64,000 nt of DNA, from assembly GCA_963841015.1 (NCBI GenBank), contig CAWJAX010000005.1, positions 64,001-128,000 of the forward strand, given 5' to 3'. The notes under the pieces are model-generated. The model was not told where the DNA came from, did not search any database, and saw only the letters and a list, made by a program, of their open reading frames with translations. This document shows positions 20,501 to 30,975 of the stretch, piece after piece. The position numbers and the translations under genes were made by a program. The stretch comes from an uncultured Methanoregulaceae archaeon (GTDB taxonomy: Archaea; Halobacteriota; Methanomicrobia; Methanomicrobiales; Methanospirillaceae). Within the stretch, counting starts at the first letter, position 1; the number at the start of each line of letters is the position of its first letter.

Positions 20501-21438
20501 CCCTTCGCAAATGCCCGGACAAGGTCGAACTCGGTAACCAGACCGATCAGCCGGGAACCCTCAATCACAGGTAATGCACCGATATTTCTAGTCAGCATCT
20601 CCCGGGCCGCGAGGTTGATGCTCTGCATCGGTGTAGTGGTAAAGAGGTCCCCCCCAATCAGCGTACGCACAGGCAACTCCATAACTTCCGCAACATTACC
20701 GGTTGTCAGGCGCGAAAAGACCTCGCGGCTCCCAAGATACTTCATTATGTCCGTGGCGGTTATCATGCCATAGAGCACGTCATCACTTACTACAGGCAAC
20801 CGCCGGAACCTGTAATGGGTCATGTCATGGGCAACGTTCGCTATTGTGCAGTCCGGGCTCGTCACACGAAGCGAGGAACTCATAACATCCTCAACAGTGA
20901 AGGTACTTCGCTCCGCACCAAGCACCCGCAGTACATCGCGTTCAGTGACGATTCCATTCAACACACCATCATCATCGATGATGGGGAGACCCCCGATCTT
21001 TTTTTTGACTATGATATCTACAGCATCACTGATTCGTGAATCATGTGCGAGCGTGGTAATCTGCTGGGTCATGATGGTTCTTACGCTTTCGTTGACCGCG
21101 GCGAGCAGGTTGCCGCCATGCCTGACCTGTACGAGTTTGTACTTGTCACCTCCTCCCATGAAATTGATCACATCACCGGAGGTGATTATCCCGCGCAGTT
21201 TCTTTGAACCGGCATCAGTCACCGGTAAACGACGGAATCCGCATTTTGTCATGATCTCGACTGCCCCGATAATACTTTGCGTGGGCGGTACCGATATGAC
21301 ATCATGGGATGCGATTGCCATGATCTCACCTTCCTGCTGGACTATGTGGGATTTGAACTCAACCGGCCCCCGGTCAAGTTTCCCCTGCATTTTTAAAAGC
21401 CGGTCACCCTGTTTGATACCCCGGTCATTCTGGTTCAT
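20497..21438 (-). CDS. CBS domain-containing protein (4 CBS, MJ1225-like)
   Basis: FRRLPV x2, GIITSGDVINFMGGG, GIVTERD, GLVTEFDL. Confidence 0.92.
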   Translation of the reverse strand: MNQNDRGIKQGDRLLKMQGKLDRGPVEFKSHIVQQEGEIMAIASHDVISVPPTQSIIGAVEIMTKCGFRRLPVTDAGSKKLRGIITSGDVINFMGGGDKYKLVQVRHGGNLLAAVNESVRTIMTQQITTLAHDSRISDAVDIIVKKKIGGLPIIDDDGVLNGIVTERDVLRVLGAERSTFTVEDVMSSSLRVTSPDCTIANVAHDMTHYRFRRLPVVSDDVLYGMITATDIMKYLGSREVFSRLTTGNVAEVMELPVRTLIGGDLFTTTPMQSINLAAREMLTRNIGALPVIEGSRLIGLVTEFDLVRAFAKG

Positions 21439-21545
21439 AATTCCCCTCCGACAGGTTCAATACCCCTGATTATATGATTTTCTGGAACGGTACATGTCGC
21501 CGTTTATCAGAAATCTGCTCACTTCTGGCAGATTCGCAGAACCAT

Positions 21546-22295
21546 TCATGCCAGACCTTTCAGTACATCGTGCCGGTCAACAATTCCGACAATCCGGTCC
21601 CCATCGATGACGGGGAGCCGGCTCACATCGTGCTTCACCAGCAGTTCCGCAGCAGAACCGATCGGTTCATCAGGGCCAATGGTAACCACATTCTTGGACA
21701 TAACCTCCTCAATGGTTGTGTGGGCGTGCCGGGCAATTATTGACTGCACCCGCCGTGTCCGGATGAGGTCGCGACGGGAGATTATGCCGACAATCCGTTT
21801 CTTCTTCACCACGGGAAATGCGGAAAATCCGCTCTCCATGATCATGGTATAAATCTTCTGGATTGTGTCTGTCGGACTTGCTATAGTGACATTCCTGGTC
21901 ATATGAGATCCAACCGTCCCGTGAAGTTCATGACGTGAGATGATAACGGGAAATACGTCTGACAGGAGCACACCTCCGATAATATGAGGGCTGGGATCCA
22001 CGACAGCAACGCTGTCCGTCTCGTAATCCCGCATCACCCTCGCCAGATGTTCAATTGTATCAGCAGGGGTGACCATAGGGGCTTCCTTGACGTACCCTTC
22101 AACGGTTACATTCGATTTTGTCGCAGTTACCCGCAGCCCATCCGTGAGGTCAATATAGCCGATGAGTTTTTTTTTCACATCCACGACATAGACTTCACGG
22201 AACTTCTCGTCTCGCAGGATTTGCCGTGCCTTGGTTATCTGGTCATTATATTTCAGCACAGGAATCCCGATCATGAAATCCTGTGCTGTTTTCAT
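21546..22295 (-). CDS. CBS domain-containing protein (4 CBS)
   Basis: FPVV..GIISRRDL, RLPVI..GIVDRHDV. Confidence 0.92.
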   Translation of the reverse strand: MKTAQDFMIGIPVLKYNDQITKARQILRDEKFREVYVVDVKKKLIGYIDLTDGLRVTATKSNVTVEGYVKEAPMVTPADTIEHLARVMRDYETDSVAVVDPSPHIIGGVLLSDVFPVIISRHELHGTVGSHMTRNVTIASPTDTIQKIYTMIMESGFSAFPVVKKKRIVGIISRRDLIRTRRVQSIIARHAHTTIEEVMSKNVVTIGPDEPIGSAAELLVKHDVSRLPVIDGDRIVGIVDRHDVLKGLA

Positions 22296-22858
22296 GCAAT
22301 AGAATCCTCATCACGGCAGCGGGGACAGAGCAGGAGGTTGTCGGCCCGTTTGAGATCATCAGACATCTGACCGCAGCGATTGCACATGCCCTGCTCAACG
22401 ATTTCCTCGCGATTAATCTCCACCAGATCCGTGAGGAGTTCATTAAGTTCATTGGATACGGTAAGCAGGTCTCGCACGGTGACTATCCCAATAACTTTCT
22501 TTTTTGCATCGATAACCGGCAGTCTCCGTACCTTATGCTTCACCATCATATGGGCGGCATCTCCTACAGTTTTGTCCGCACTCACCGTAATGAGTGGCGT
22601 ACTCATGATTTCTTTTACGTGTACAGTACTTGGCTTGAGATCCTTTGCTACGACCTTACAGGCAATATCTTCTTCAGTAACAATTCCGATGGGTTTACCG
22701 TTGCCTACGATAATCACACTGCCAACTTCTTCCTGGCACATGGTTTTTGCCGCTTTTGCGACCGTTGCATCGATACCTATCATGGCGGGGTTGTTTTTCA
22801 TTACGTCTCTTAACGGGATCTGGGTCTCAAACCGCATTTCATTGGTTGTTTTTTTCAT
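22292..22858 (-). CDS. CBS pair protein with a C-terminal Zn ribbon
   Basis: GIVTEEDI, VRRLPV..GIVTVRDL, then CNRC...CPRC. Confidence 0.9.
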   Translation of the reverse strand: MKKTTNEMRFETQIPLRDVMKNNPAMIGIDATVAKAAKTMCQEEVGSVIIVGNGKPIGIVTEEDIACKVVAKDLKPSTVHVKEIMSTPLITVSADKTVGDAAHMMVKHKVRRLPVIDAKKKVIGIVTVRDLLTVSNELNELLTDLVEINREEIVEQGMCNRCGQMSDDLKRADNLLLCPRCRDEDSIA

Positions 22859-23109
22859 GAGTCACCTCCTTGAAGTGCTTGTTCTGATGATTTACAATTA
22901 GCATACTCCCCTTCTCTTGTATAAATAGAATTTGGCAGGGGCAACCTATAATGCAGCACAGTAATAATGGGGGATATGAATGAGAATTACGGGGGGGTAA
23001 GGAAAGGCATATTATAAGAAACATAATAAAGAGCAATTTCTATACACTACTAACGAATTATGGTGAATTCTTTGTTCCTTTGTACAATGCATAGCCAGGG
23101 GGGTTTCCT

Positions 23110-23763
23110 ATGAAGATATTTTATCAGGCCTATGGTAAGGCAAAGAAGAAATTTTCCAAGATACTCACCAGGTTTTTCAAGAAGAAGAGGACTCGTATCG
23201 GCATATACGGCCCGCCCAATGCAGGCAAGACAACGCTTGCAAACCGCATTGCCCGGGACTGGACAGGTGATGCGGTCGGTCCGGTCAGCGAGATCCCGCA
23301 CGAGACCAGAAGGGCAAGGAAAAAAGAAGATATCATCATCTCGGGAGCAAACGGCAGCACAATAATGATTGATATTGTCGATACCCCGGGGGTAACCACC
23401 AAGATTGACTATCACGAATTCTTAGAATTCGGTATGGAAAAAGATGAAGCAATCATCCGCGCCCGCGAGGCAACAGAGGGAGTCGCGGAGGCGATGCACT
23501 GGCTTAGAGAGGATATTGACGGTGTTATCTACATGCTGGATTCTACCCTTGATCCGTTCCTGCAGGTCAATATCATGATGATTGGAATCATCGAGAGCCG
23601 AAAACTCCCGGTTATTATTGTTGCAAACAAGATCGATCTCGCTGATGCAGTTCCTGCACGGATAAGAAGTGCATTCCCGCAGCACCCGGTTGTCGCTATC
23701 TCCGGCCTTGAAGGACGGAATGTTGAGAGCCTGTACGAAACCATGCTTGAGTGCTTCGGGTGA
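23110..23763 (+). CDS. Era-like small GTP-binding protein (OapA-like)
   Basis: G1 GPPNAGKTT, PHETRR, G3 DTPG, G4 NKID. Confidence 0.92.
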   Translation: MKIFYQAYGKAKKKFSKILTRFFKKKRTRIGIYGPPNAGKTTLANRIARDWTGDAVGPVSEIPHETRRARKKEDIIISGANGSTIMIDIVDTPGVTTKIDYHEFLEFGMEKDEAIIRAREATEGVAEAMHWLREDIDGVIYMLDSTLDPFLQVNIMMIGIIESRKLPVIIVANKIDLADAVPARIRSAFPQHPVVAISGLEGRNVESLYETMLECFG

Positions 23764-23768
23764 GGGGC

Positions 23769-24164
23769 ATGCCGCACAAATGTACAAAATGCGGACGGGA
23801 ATACAAGGCTGGTTCGACTGAGATCCTTAAAGGCTGCGCGAGCTGCGGAGGAAAAAAATTCCTCTATGTAAAGGATACAGAGATCAACAAGGACGTTCTG
23901 GAAGAGAAATCAATATCTGAAATTGCCGATGAATCTCATGAGGATATTCTTGAGATTATCGAGCCAAAGAAAAAAGAACAGGTGGAGATGTATGACCGTG
24001 TGGAGACGATCCGTATTGTCTCCCCAGGTACCTACGAGCTCAATCTTGAAAAAATGGCACAGAGTGACCAGCGGATCGTGAGTGTAGGAAAAGAGGGAAA
24101 TTATATCATTGATCTCATGTCCATGGCAAAAGATGAACCGAAAAAGAAGAAAGGAAAGAAGTAG
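23769..24164 (+). CDS. Zn-ribbon protein (OapC/DUF2072-like)
   Basis: MPHKCTKCG...ILKGCASCGGKKFLY; VETIRIVSPGTYELNL. Confidence 0.88.
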   Translation: MPHKCTKCGREYKAGSTEILKGCASCGGKKFLYVKDTEINKDVLEEKSISEIADESHEDILEIIEPKKKEQVEMYDRVETIRIVSPGTYELNLEKMAQSDQRIVSVGKEGNYIIDLMSMAKDEPKKKKGKK

Positions 24165-24170
24165 AACCTT

Positions 24171-24911
24171 TTACGATATTGTTGCCAATTCATTTTTTAT
24201 CCCGTCATAAGGCGCGGGAAGTTCAAGTTTTTTGAAAAATTCATCGGTAAAAGAGAGGCTGTTTTTCACCGCCCATTCTGCGCATCCGTGCCCGAAGCAT
24301 ATATCCGGAAAAAACGGGCGGTTTTTTTGAGCCAGCGGATTGACCGGAAATTTGTTCCTGAGCATCCGCTCCAGTTTTTCTCCGTGCGTCTCTTCAATAA
24401 CCCCGGAAATTTCACCTTTTTGAACAACAATCCATTCCCGTTTGTAATGCATCAGGGAATTCCGGATTTCTATTAAGTTCCGGATGTTGGAAAAAACTTG
24501 ATTGTCGTCATTGAAAACGGGTCTCTGTGCGATTATGAGTATTTTCTGGTACTTGTTTACCAGGGGGGCACGATCAAAATTCTTTTCGTTTCTCCATTTC
24601 TCACCGATAGTTTTCAGGAGCTCTTCATTTTTTTCATCAATGAAAAAATAGGCATCGTCTGCTGCATCAGCATAGAGCTCATTGATGGTGGATTCGAGGA
24701 ATGCAACAGATGAGAGGATTGAGTTGAGGATGAATACCTCATGCCTAAGGCGATCGTTTTCGGAAATAATGCCTGACTCCAAAAAATCCTTTTCTATCCG
24801 GTGACCCAGCCTGCACAACAATGCAGCTGACTGGATATACCGGACAGAGAAACAGTCCCTGAACCTTATGGAGGATTCATCGTCAATCGTTTCCAGAGGT
24901 ATTTTATCCAT
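24171..24911 (-). CDS. Hypothetical protein with a HEPN-like RxxxxH motif
   Basis: 246-aa ORF; SSVAFLESTINE helix and IEIRNSLMHYK. Confidence 0.6.
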   Translation of the reverse strand: MDKIPLETIDDESSIRFRDCFSVRYIQSAALLCRLGHRIEKDFLESGIISENDRLRHEVFILNSILSSVAFLESTINELYADAADDAYFFIDEKNEELLKTIGEKWRNEKNFDRAPLVNKYQKILIIAQRPVFNDDNQVFSNIRNLIEIRNSLMHYKREWIVVQKGEISGVIEETHGEKLERMLRNKFPVNPLAQKNRPFFPDICFGHGCAEWAVKNSLSFTDEFFKKLELPAPYDGIKNELATIS

Positions 24912-25264
24912 TCTAACATTCCTTTTCTTTTTCCGTATAAAAAGGAAGGGGGCTAGAGATGAAAAAAGTCGGGTTCATGGATCTTAAAAGATCACCGGGA
25001 AATGAAGAGGATCAATCCTTCCTGAGAGGATTAAAAAATATTTGTTCTGTAGAAATGCTCAATTACAAGCTAAACGCTCAAGGGGGTTTCACCCCCGCCG
25101 CTGTGGCTCCCCCGATGCGATAACTCCTGAAAAGGTAATACATCTTCATCGCCCTCAGGTACAGGGGAGGCAAGGGAGGACAGGACTGTCGCCCCTTCGT
25201 ATTTCCTGTCCTTTTTATTTCATTCCTTCTAAAAGAAAGTCCGTTGAGTTGATTCTGGCATAGT

Positions 25265-25537
25265 TCATAGCTTAAAAAACAGTATTGCTAAAACAGTGAC
25301 TATGAGGATAATGCCAATAATCGCATAAAGAAGGTTTTTTCCCAGCGTGGGTTTTTTCTGGGATCGGCGTATCAGGTTCCTGATATTCAGGATTTCTCTT
25401 TGCGATTCTTCAACCGAGTCCCGGATCTGACGAAGTAAAACACATTCATCTTCAGGAAATCGGTTTCCGCAGTGCATACAGAATGCTGCACTATTTTCGT
25501 GCGTTAAATTCCTGCAGCACTCACACATTTTCACCAT
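25265..25537 (-). CDS. Small Zn-ribbon membrane protein
   Basis: CECC...FCMHCG and a C-terminal TM helix. Confidence 0.7.
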   Translation of the reverse strand: MVKMCECCRNLTHENSAAFCMHCGNRFPEDECVLLRQIRDSVEESQREILNIRNLIRRSQKKPTLGKNLLYAIIGIILIVTVLAILFFKL

Positions 25538-25947
25538 TGTTGCTCAACTTTTGTGCACGATATTGCACTGATAATATTCTATCAGGTCAGTAGGTTTATA
25601 AATTAAACGTTATCGCTTCAAAAAAACGTGATTGCTGCTTTTACGAGAGCAGAAATCAGGGGGTACATCTTCAAATCCCCCCACCATTTTAGCCCGGCTT
25701 TGCATGTTATTCCGGATTGGTGACTATACGGCAGAAAAGGAACAGGATATCACGGCTCCCCCAATGAGGTAAGCCGGACCCGAAACTCTGCTTGTTCGCG
25801 CTCCAGCTTCAGGAATAAATTGCGTACCCATAAAAATCTGTACCTCTATGGATTTTTGGCGAGGATCCTAAAAACCAGTATTCGATCCTTGGTGATAAGG
25901 GTGATCTTTTTATTTCAGAAAACAGTATTAACGTTAAGAGTGCTGCA

Positions 25948-26841
25948 ATGTTCAAAAAAGTGCTGGTTGCCCTGGATTTTTCACGCTATACACAAAAAAT
26001 CCTTGATCGTATCAGCGAGATTCCCGGAATACAGGAAGTAGTTCTCGTGCATGTAGTGGATACCACACGCCCTGCGAAACTGGATTGGACGCACGGTCAC
26101 CCGCATATCGAAAATCCTCAGGTCCTCTTAGAAGAGAAAAAAAGGTTCCTTGAACAACGCGGCATGAGAGTGACCATAAATGTTGACGTGATAGTCAATG
26201 CGATTACGCAGAGCCCGGTTTCAAACGCCATCCTGGAAATTGCCAAAACCGAAAACGTGTCCCTGATAGTCATTGGTGCCCGGGGCATAAACCCGATCCA
26301 GGAACTTCTGCTGGGGAGTGTATCATCCTCGGTGATCCGGTATGCAACGACAAATGTACTCATTATGCATTTCCCCCAAGCCTCTGATGAGTCACACGCT
26401 TCACCTGATTTTACCTACCAGAAACTGTTTTCAAAAGTACTGGTGCCTACGGATTTTTCCCGCTCCGCCAGCGATGCATTAGCAATTGTAAAAACGATTC
26501 CCGGGATCAAAGAAACAGTTCTCCTGCATGTTGTCAGTCGCGCAGAATCAGAAAAGGATATCGAAGTTGATTTAAAAACCTCAGAAAAAAGGCTCGAGGA
26601 CATGAAAAAGGAATTAATCGATACTGGTGCTGATATTAAACTTCATGTTGGTGCTGGAGATCCTACAGAGATGATACTATCGGTTGCAGATGAAGAAAAT
26701 GTGTCCCTGATAGCAATGAGTGCCTTTGGTCTGGACTGGATAAGCGAGTTTGTGCTGGGAAGCACTACGTTTACTGTCGTAAGAAGAACAAAAAAACCGG
26801 TTCTCATCATTCGAACCGCAGAGGAAAACAAAACCCTCTGA
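25948..26841 (+). CDS. Universal stress protein (two USP domains)
   Basis: MFKKVLVALDFS, LIVIGARG...LLGSVS; second domain KVLVPTDFS...VLGSTT. Confidence 0.93.
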   Translation: MFKKVLVALDFSRYTQKILDRISEIPGIQEVVLVHVVDTTRPAKLDWTHGHPHIENPQVLLEEKKRFLEQRGMRVTINVDVIVNAITQSPVSNAILEIAKTENVSLIVIGARGINPIQELLLGSVSSSVIRYATTNVLIMHFPQASDESHASPDFTYQKLFSKVLVPTDFSRSASDALAIVKTIPGIKETVLLHVVSRAESEKDIEVDLKTSEKRLEDMKKELIDTGADIKLHVGAGDPTEMILSVADEENVSLIAMSAFGLDWISEFVLGSTTFTVVRRTKKPVLIIRTAEENKTL

Positions 26842-26989
26842 ATACCTGTCAGGAGCCCTGGGGACCTCCCGGGGGGTTTTCCAGGTTGATGCACCGGATG
26901 CTCAATCAGAATATTCGATACACTGTTCCCAGGAGAAGAGCGGGCGCTTTTAAAAAACCGTTTTTTTCCTTAAAAAATTGTTTGAAAAA

Positions 26990-28634
26990 TTAATACTCAT
27001 CCATGCCGGGGGGCATTCCGCCCATACCGCCGGGAGGCATCCCCCCGCCAGGTGCGCCGGTTTTCGAAGATGCAATGACATCGTCAATGCGGAGGATCAT
27101 GACTGCCGCTTCTGCCGCACTTGATATTGCCTGTGTTTTCACCCGCAGCGGTTCAACGACACCTGCCTTGAGCATATCCACGGGTTTACCCTCATAGACA
27201 TCAAGCCCAAAATTCTTTTTGCCCGCCTCATGGGCAGCACGGATTGCGACAAGCATATCGATGGGATCGAGACCCGAGTTTTCAGCAAGGGACCGGGGGA
27301 TGACCTCCAGAGCTGCAGCGAATGCTTCAATCGCAAGCTGGACGCGACCTCCTTCCTGCGATGCATATCTCCGCAGATGAAGCGAGAGTTCTGTCTCGGG
27401 TGCCCCGCCACCGGGAACGATCTTTTTGCCCTCAACAACGACGCTCACGACCATAAGTGCATCATGGAGGGCACGTTCGAGTTCATCGACAACGTGCTCG
27501 GTTCCTCCCCTGACGATAATGGAGACTGCTTTGGGATCTTTACACTGCGAGATATAAATCATCTCGTCGCCCGAGACCTTGCGTTCCTCAACAAGCCCTG
27601 CAGCGCCGAGATCCTTTGGGGTTATTGCATCGATGCTGTTGACGATGTTCGCACCCGTTGCACGGGCAAGGTTCTCGATATCACTTTTCTTCAGCCTGCG
27701 GACAGCTGAGGATCCCGGCTTTTGCAAGGTAGTGCTGGGCTACATCATCAATACCCTTCTGGCAGAAAATGACGGTCGCACCGCTTTTAAGAACCTTGTC
27801 CACCATCGTGTGGACCATGTGCTCCTCTTCATCGAGAAATGCCTGGGCTTGTCCGGGGGTGGAGATATTGATCTTCGCGTTCACTTCGGTCTTTTTGAAT
27901 TCGAGTGCTGCATTAAGGAGCAGTATCTTTGCATTCTTCACCGATTTGGGCATGCCTGGATGTGCACGTTCCTTGTCGACAACCATACCTTCGATAAGAT
28001 TGGTGTCGTCCACAGATCCGCCGACCTTCTTTTCGACGTTGATATGAGCGATGTCAACCTTGCCGTCGGGATCGGTAACGAAGGTGATCGCCTTCACGAT
28101 GATGTTGCAGAGCCGGTCTTTAGATACCTCTGCATTCTTACCCGTGAGTGCTGTCTCTGCGATCTTTTTGAGTTTTTCTGTATCTGAAGGTTTCACGGTT
28201 ATAGCGAACCCGTTGAGCATCACGAGCGCCTCTGCCGCTGCCATCCGGTATCCTTCAGCGATAACGGTCGGGTGGACGCCCTGGGTAAGAAGCCCCTCAG
28301 CGTTCTTTAAAAGTTCCCCTGCGATTACAACTGCGCTGGTTGTTCCATCGCCGACCTCAGCGTCCTGGGTCTTTGCAACCTCAACCATCATCTTTGCGGC
28401 AGGATGTTCGATGTCCATCTCCTTTAAGATGGTGACCCCGTCATTGGTGATCGTGATATCACCCATGCTGTCAATGAGCATCTTGTCCATGCCTTTGGGA
28501 CCGAGGGTCGAACGTACAGCGGCTGCCACTGCCCTCGCCGCGGCAAAATTATTATTCTGGGCTTCCTGCCCCCGGTTTCTCGTTGCTCCTTCCCTGAGAA
28601 TAATTATGGGTTGTCCCCCGAGTTGTTGTGACAT
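26990..28634 (-). CDS. thsA: Thermosome (group II chaperonin) subunit, split by a +1 indel at ~27708
   Basis: [27 protein letters not shown] tail. Frames join as AGILAVRR. Confidence 0.92.
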
Positions 28635-28879
28635 GGTATTCCTCATTAAGTGGTATACATGTTATTTTTTATAAGATAAATAGCGTTACATTCCACTTTT
28701 TTTTCCTTATCACGGTTTTTAGGTATTCCGGATTATTATATCCGGGCTCAAACCTGGATGATCGTAAGGTTTGATAAAGCGATACTTTCGTATCCTTTGA
28801 TGCGTTAATGAGGGAAAAACGGCCGTAAAATTGGGGAATCCATCGGGATCTCAAAAGATATTAGCACGGTTCGATTCAC

Positions 28880-29611
28880 TTATCTTTCGACTGACTTGTC
28901 CGGTTCGGTTCGATCTCCGTATCCTTCCTCATTGCCTTCAAGTCGCCGGATATATTGTTTCATGGTGTGGCGATACCGTTCCGTCTCCTTTTCAAGTTCA
29001 AGGATACGTTTTGTGTTTTTAGCATCTGCTTCGGTTAACGCACTTACTTCGCTCTTCCAATCCTGGATTTTCTGCGTGTACTCTTCAATTGCTGTACGTG
29101 TTCTCTCCGCATCACGCTCAAATTCAACAATCCTTTGACGATTTTTTACCTCAGATTCCCTGAGTGCCCCAAGTTCGCCTTCATTTTTCCGGACCTGTTG
29201 AATATACTGTTCAATTGTTGAACGCAACCGTTCAGATTCTCTTTCCATTTCAGCTATTCGTTTTGCATTTTTTGTTTCGGATTCCCGAAAAGCTCCGATT
29301 TCGACCTCCTTTTCCTTGAGGGTCTGGGACATATAGAGGTTGGAAGTCTTCACAATCGCATAATCAGATTTCAAATCCGCCAGAAGCGATTTCTGGTGAT
29401 CCAGATCCTGGTAAACTGATCGTAACTGGTTTTTGGTCTGCCTGTTCTGATCAGTGAGAGAATCAAGTTCGTTGTTGAGGGTGGTTAGTTCAGTCCTGGC
29501 AGCAGAATTCATTTCAAGAATGTAATGCCACCTGAATGATCTCCCCAAAAAACCAACAGATTTAAGTTTCTCAAATAAAGCCCGTAAATTATCTGATGTT
29601 GAGACGACCAT
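28880..29611 (-). CDS. Coiled-coil hypothetical protein with three ~42-aa repeats
   Basis: EIGAFRESETKNAKRI / ELGALRESEVKNRQRI / EVSALTEADAKNTKRI spaced 42 aa apart. Confidence 0.75.
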   Translation of the reverse strand: MVVSTSDNLRALFEKLKSVGFLGRSFRWHYILEMNSAARTELTTLNNELDSLTDQNRQTKNQLRSVYQDLDHQKSLLADLKSDYAIVKTSNLYMSQTLKEKEVEIGAFRESETKNAKRIAEMERESERLRSTIEQYIQQVRKNEGELGALRESEVKNRQRIVEFERDAERTRTAIEEYTQKIQDWKSEVSALTEADAKNTKRILELEKETERYRHTMKQYIRRLEGNEEGYGDRTEPDKSVER

Positions 29612-29740
29612 TATCCACTCTCGGTAAATTTAAAGTCCATTAATGAGTACAAACGCTCTTAGTATTTAAAAATTTTTATTATATCTGTTCAAGGAAAGAG
29701 GGATAAAAAGAAAACAAAGGTTAATTCGTGGATTAAATCC

Positions 29741-30133
29741 CTATTTTTTTCTTTTGGGGACTGTTTTTTCTTTCTTTGGCCAGAATACCAGGAGAATTGC
29801 AATTACTCCCAAGCTTACTATCGACATTGTCACGATACCCCAGAATGTTTTATCTGTGCCCTGCGTAAAATACGCCAGAGAAGCAAAGGTCAGTGCACCG
29901 GTGGCTATTATTAAGGCTCCCCCGGTAAATATCACCATGACACGGGATAAATGAAACATTCGTTCTGCAAGGTCATTTGATTTCTTTTGAGATTCCACGG
30001 ACTGTATCAGGATGGCAGTTGCAATACTGTCCGGACTATCTTTAAGTTTTTGATATGCCTGTATTTTATCATCAATTTTTTTTTCAAATTCTGAATAATT
30101 GGTGATTAAATCATCGATATCGTCTGCATCCAT
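29741..30133 (-). CDS. Hypothetical membrane protein (2 TM)
   Basis: Acidic/coiled N-terminus, two hydrophobic segments, basic tail. Confidence 0.65.
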   Translation of the reverse strand: MDADDIDDLITNYSEFEKKIDDKIQAYQKLKDSPDSIATAILIQSVESQKKSNDLAERMFHLSRVMVIFTGGALIIATGALTFASLAYFTQGTDKTFWGIVTMSIVSLGVIAILLVFWPKKEKTVPKRKK

Positions 30134-30582
30134 ACTGTAGAATCATTCAGGAAGGCAATGCTATAAAATGATATTCCTTGCACCGGTGCCTTGCATCATA
30201 TGTGGTATAACGTGAAGAGGGAATATCAGGAATTGTTCAAGGTGGATTAGTGGCTGAACTCGAATGCCATTTAAAAGGCTTAAAATAAAAATCAGAGCAC
30301 AATTCGGGCATATTCGATTTTTCGTCAGATCACGGTACCCGGTCTTATTGGGGCGTTTTTGATCACGTTTTTTCGAATTCTTACTTTTTGGGCGTGGAAT
30401 CCGGAATAGCCCAGTTTACGGGGAGAAAAACCGGCCTGTTTATTCCTTATTGGTTGGCAGATCTCATGTTTGATCAACCATAACTACCGATTAAGGAAAA
30501 AAACACCTGTTTTGAACATTTCGCGCAAAATCCCTTTCGCCAGCTGTATGAGGGAAAACGGGCAAAGCATAAGGATTTTTTT

Positions 30583-30975
30583 TTATTTTTTAGAAACTCG
30601 GGAATACCATAGTACTCCATATCCATCTTTTTTTTCTACTAATGTTTTATTTTTCACGCAGTTTTTCAGATATCTCCTGAACATAGCTAAGGTAATATCC
30701 CCGATTCTCCACGTGATTTTATCCAGACTGAATTTTCCATTGAATTTTTTGAGATATTCATCCAATTTCTTTTCCATTTTTGTTTCTATATCATCTGTTG
30801 TTGTTATTGATCTTACCTGATTATTGATTGGTGATTCAACTCCACATTTAACAAAATTGCTGCAATTATTCTTTTCCTCTTTCCAAATATTTCCGCATCT
30901 TTTACAACGGAGAGAATTCAGGAGACTATACACATTTTTGCTTGAACAGACCGGACAACGTATTTCTGTCTCCAT
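30583..30975 (-). CDS. Hypothetical Zn-finger protein with a possible C-terminal wHTH
   Basis: CPVC...CKRC; GAGGTGGA RBS upstream. Confidence 0.65.
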   Translation of the reverse strand: METEIRCPVCSSKNVYSLLNSLRCKRCGNIWKEEKNNCSNFVKCGVESPINNQVRSITTTDDIETKMEKKLDEYLKKFNGKFSLDKITWRIGDITLAMFRRYLKNCVKNKTLVEKKDGYGVLWYSRVSKK

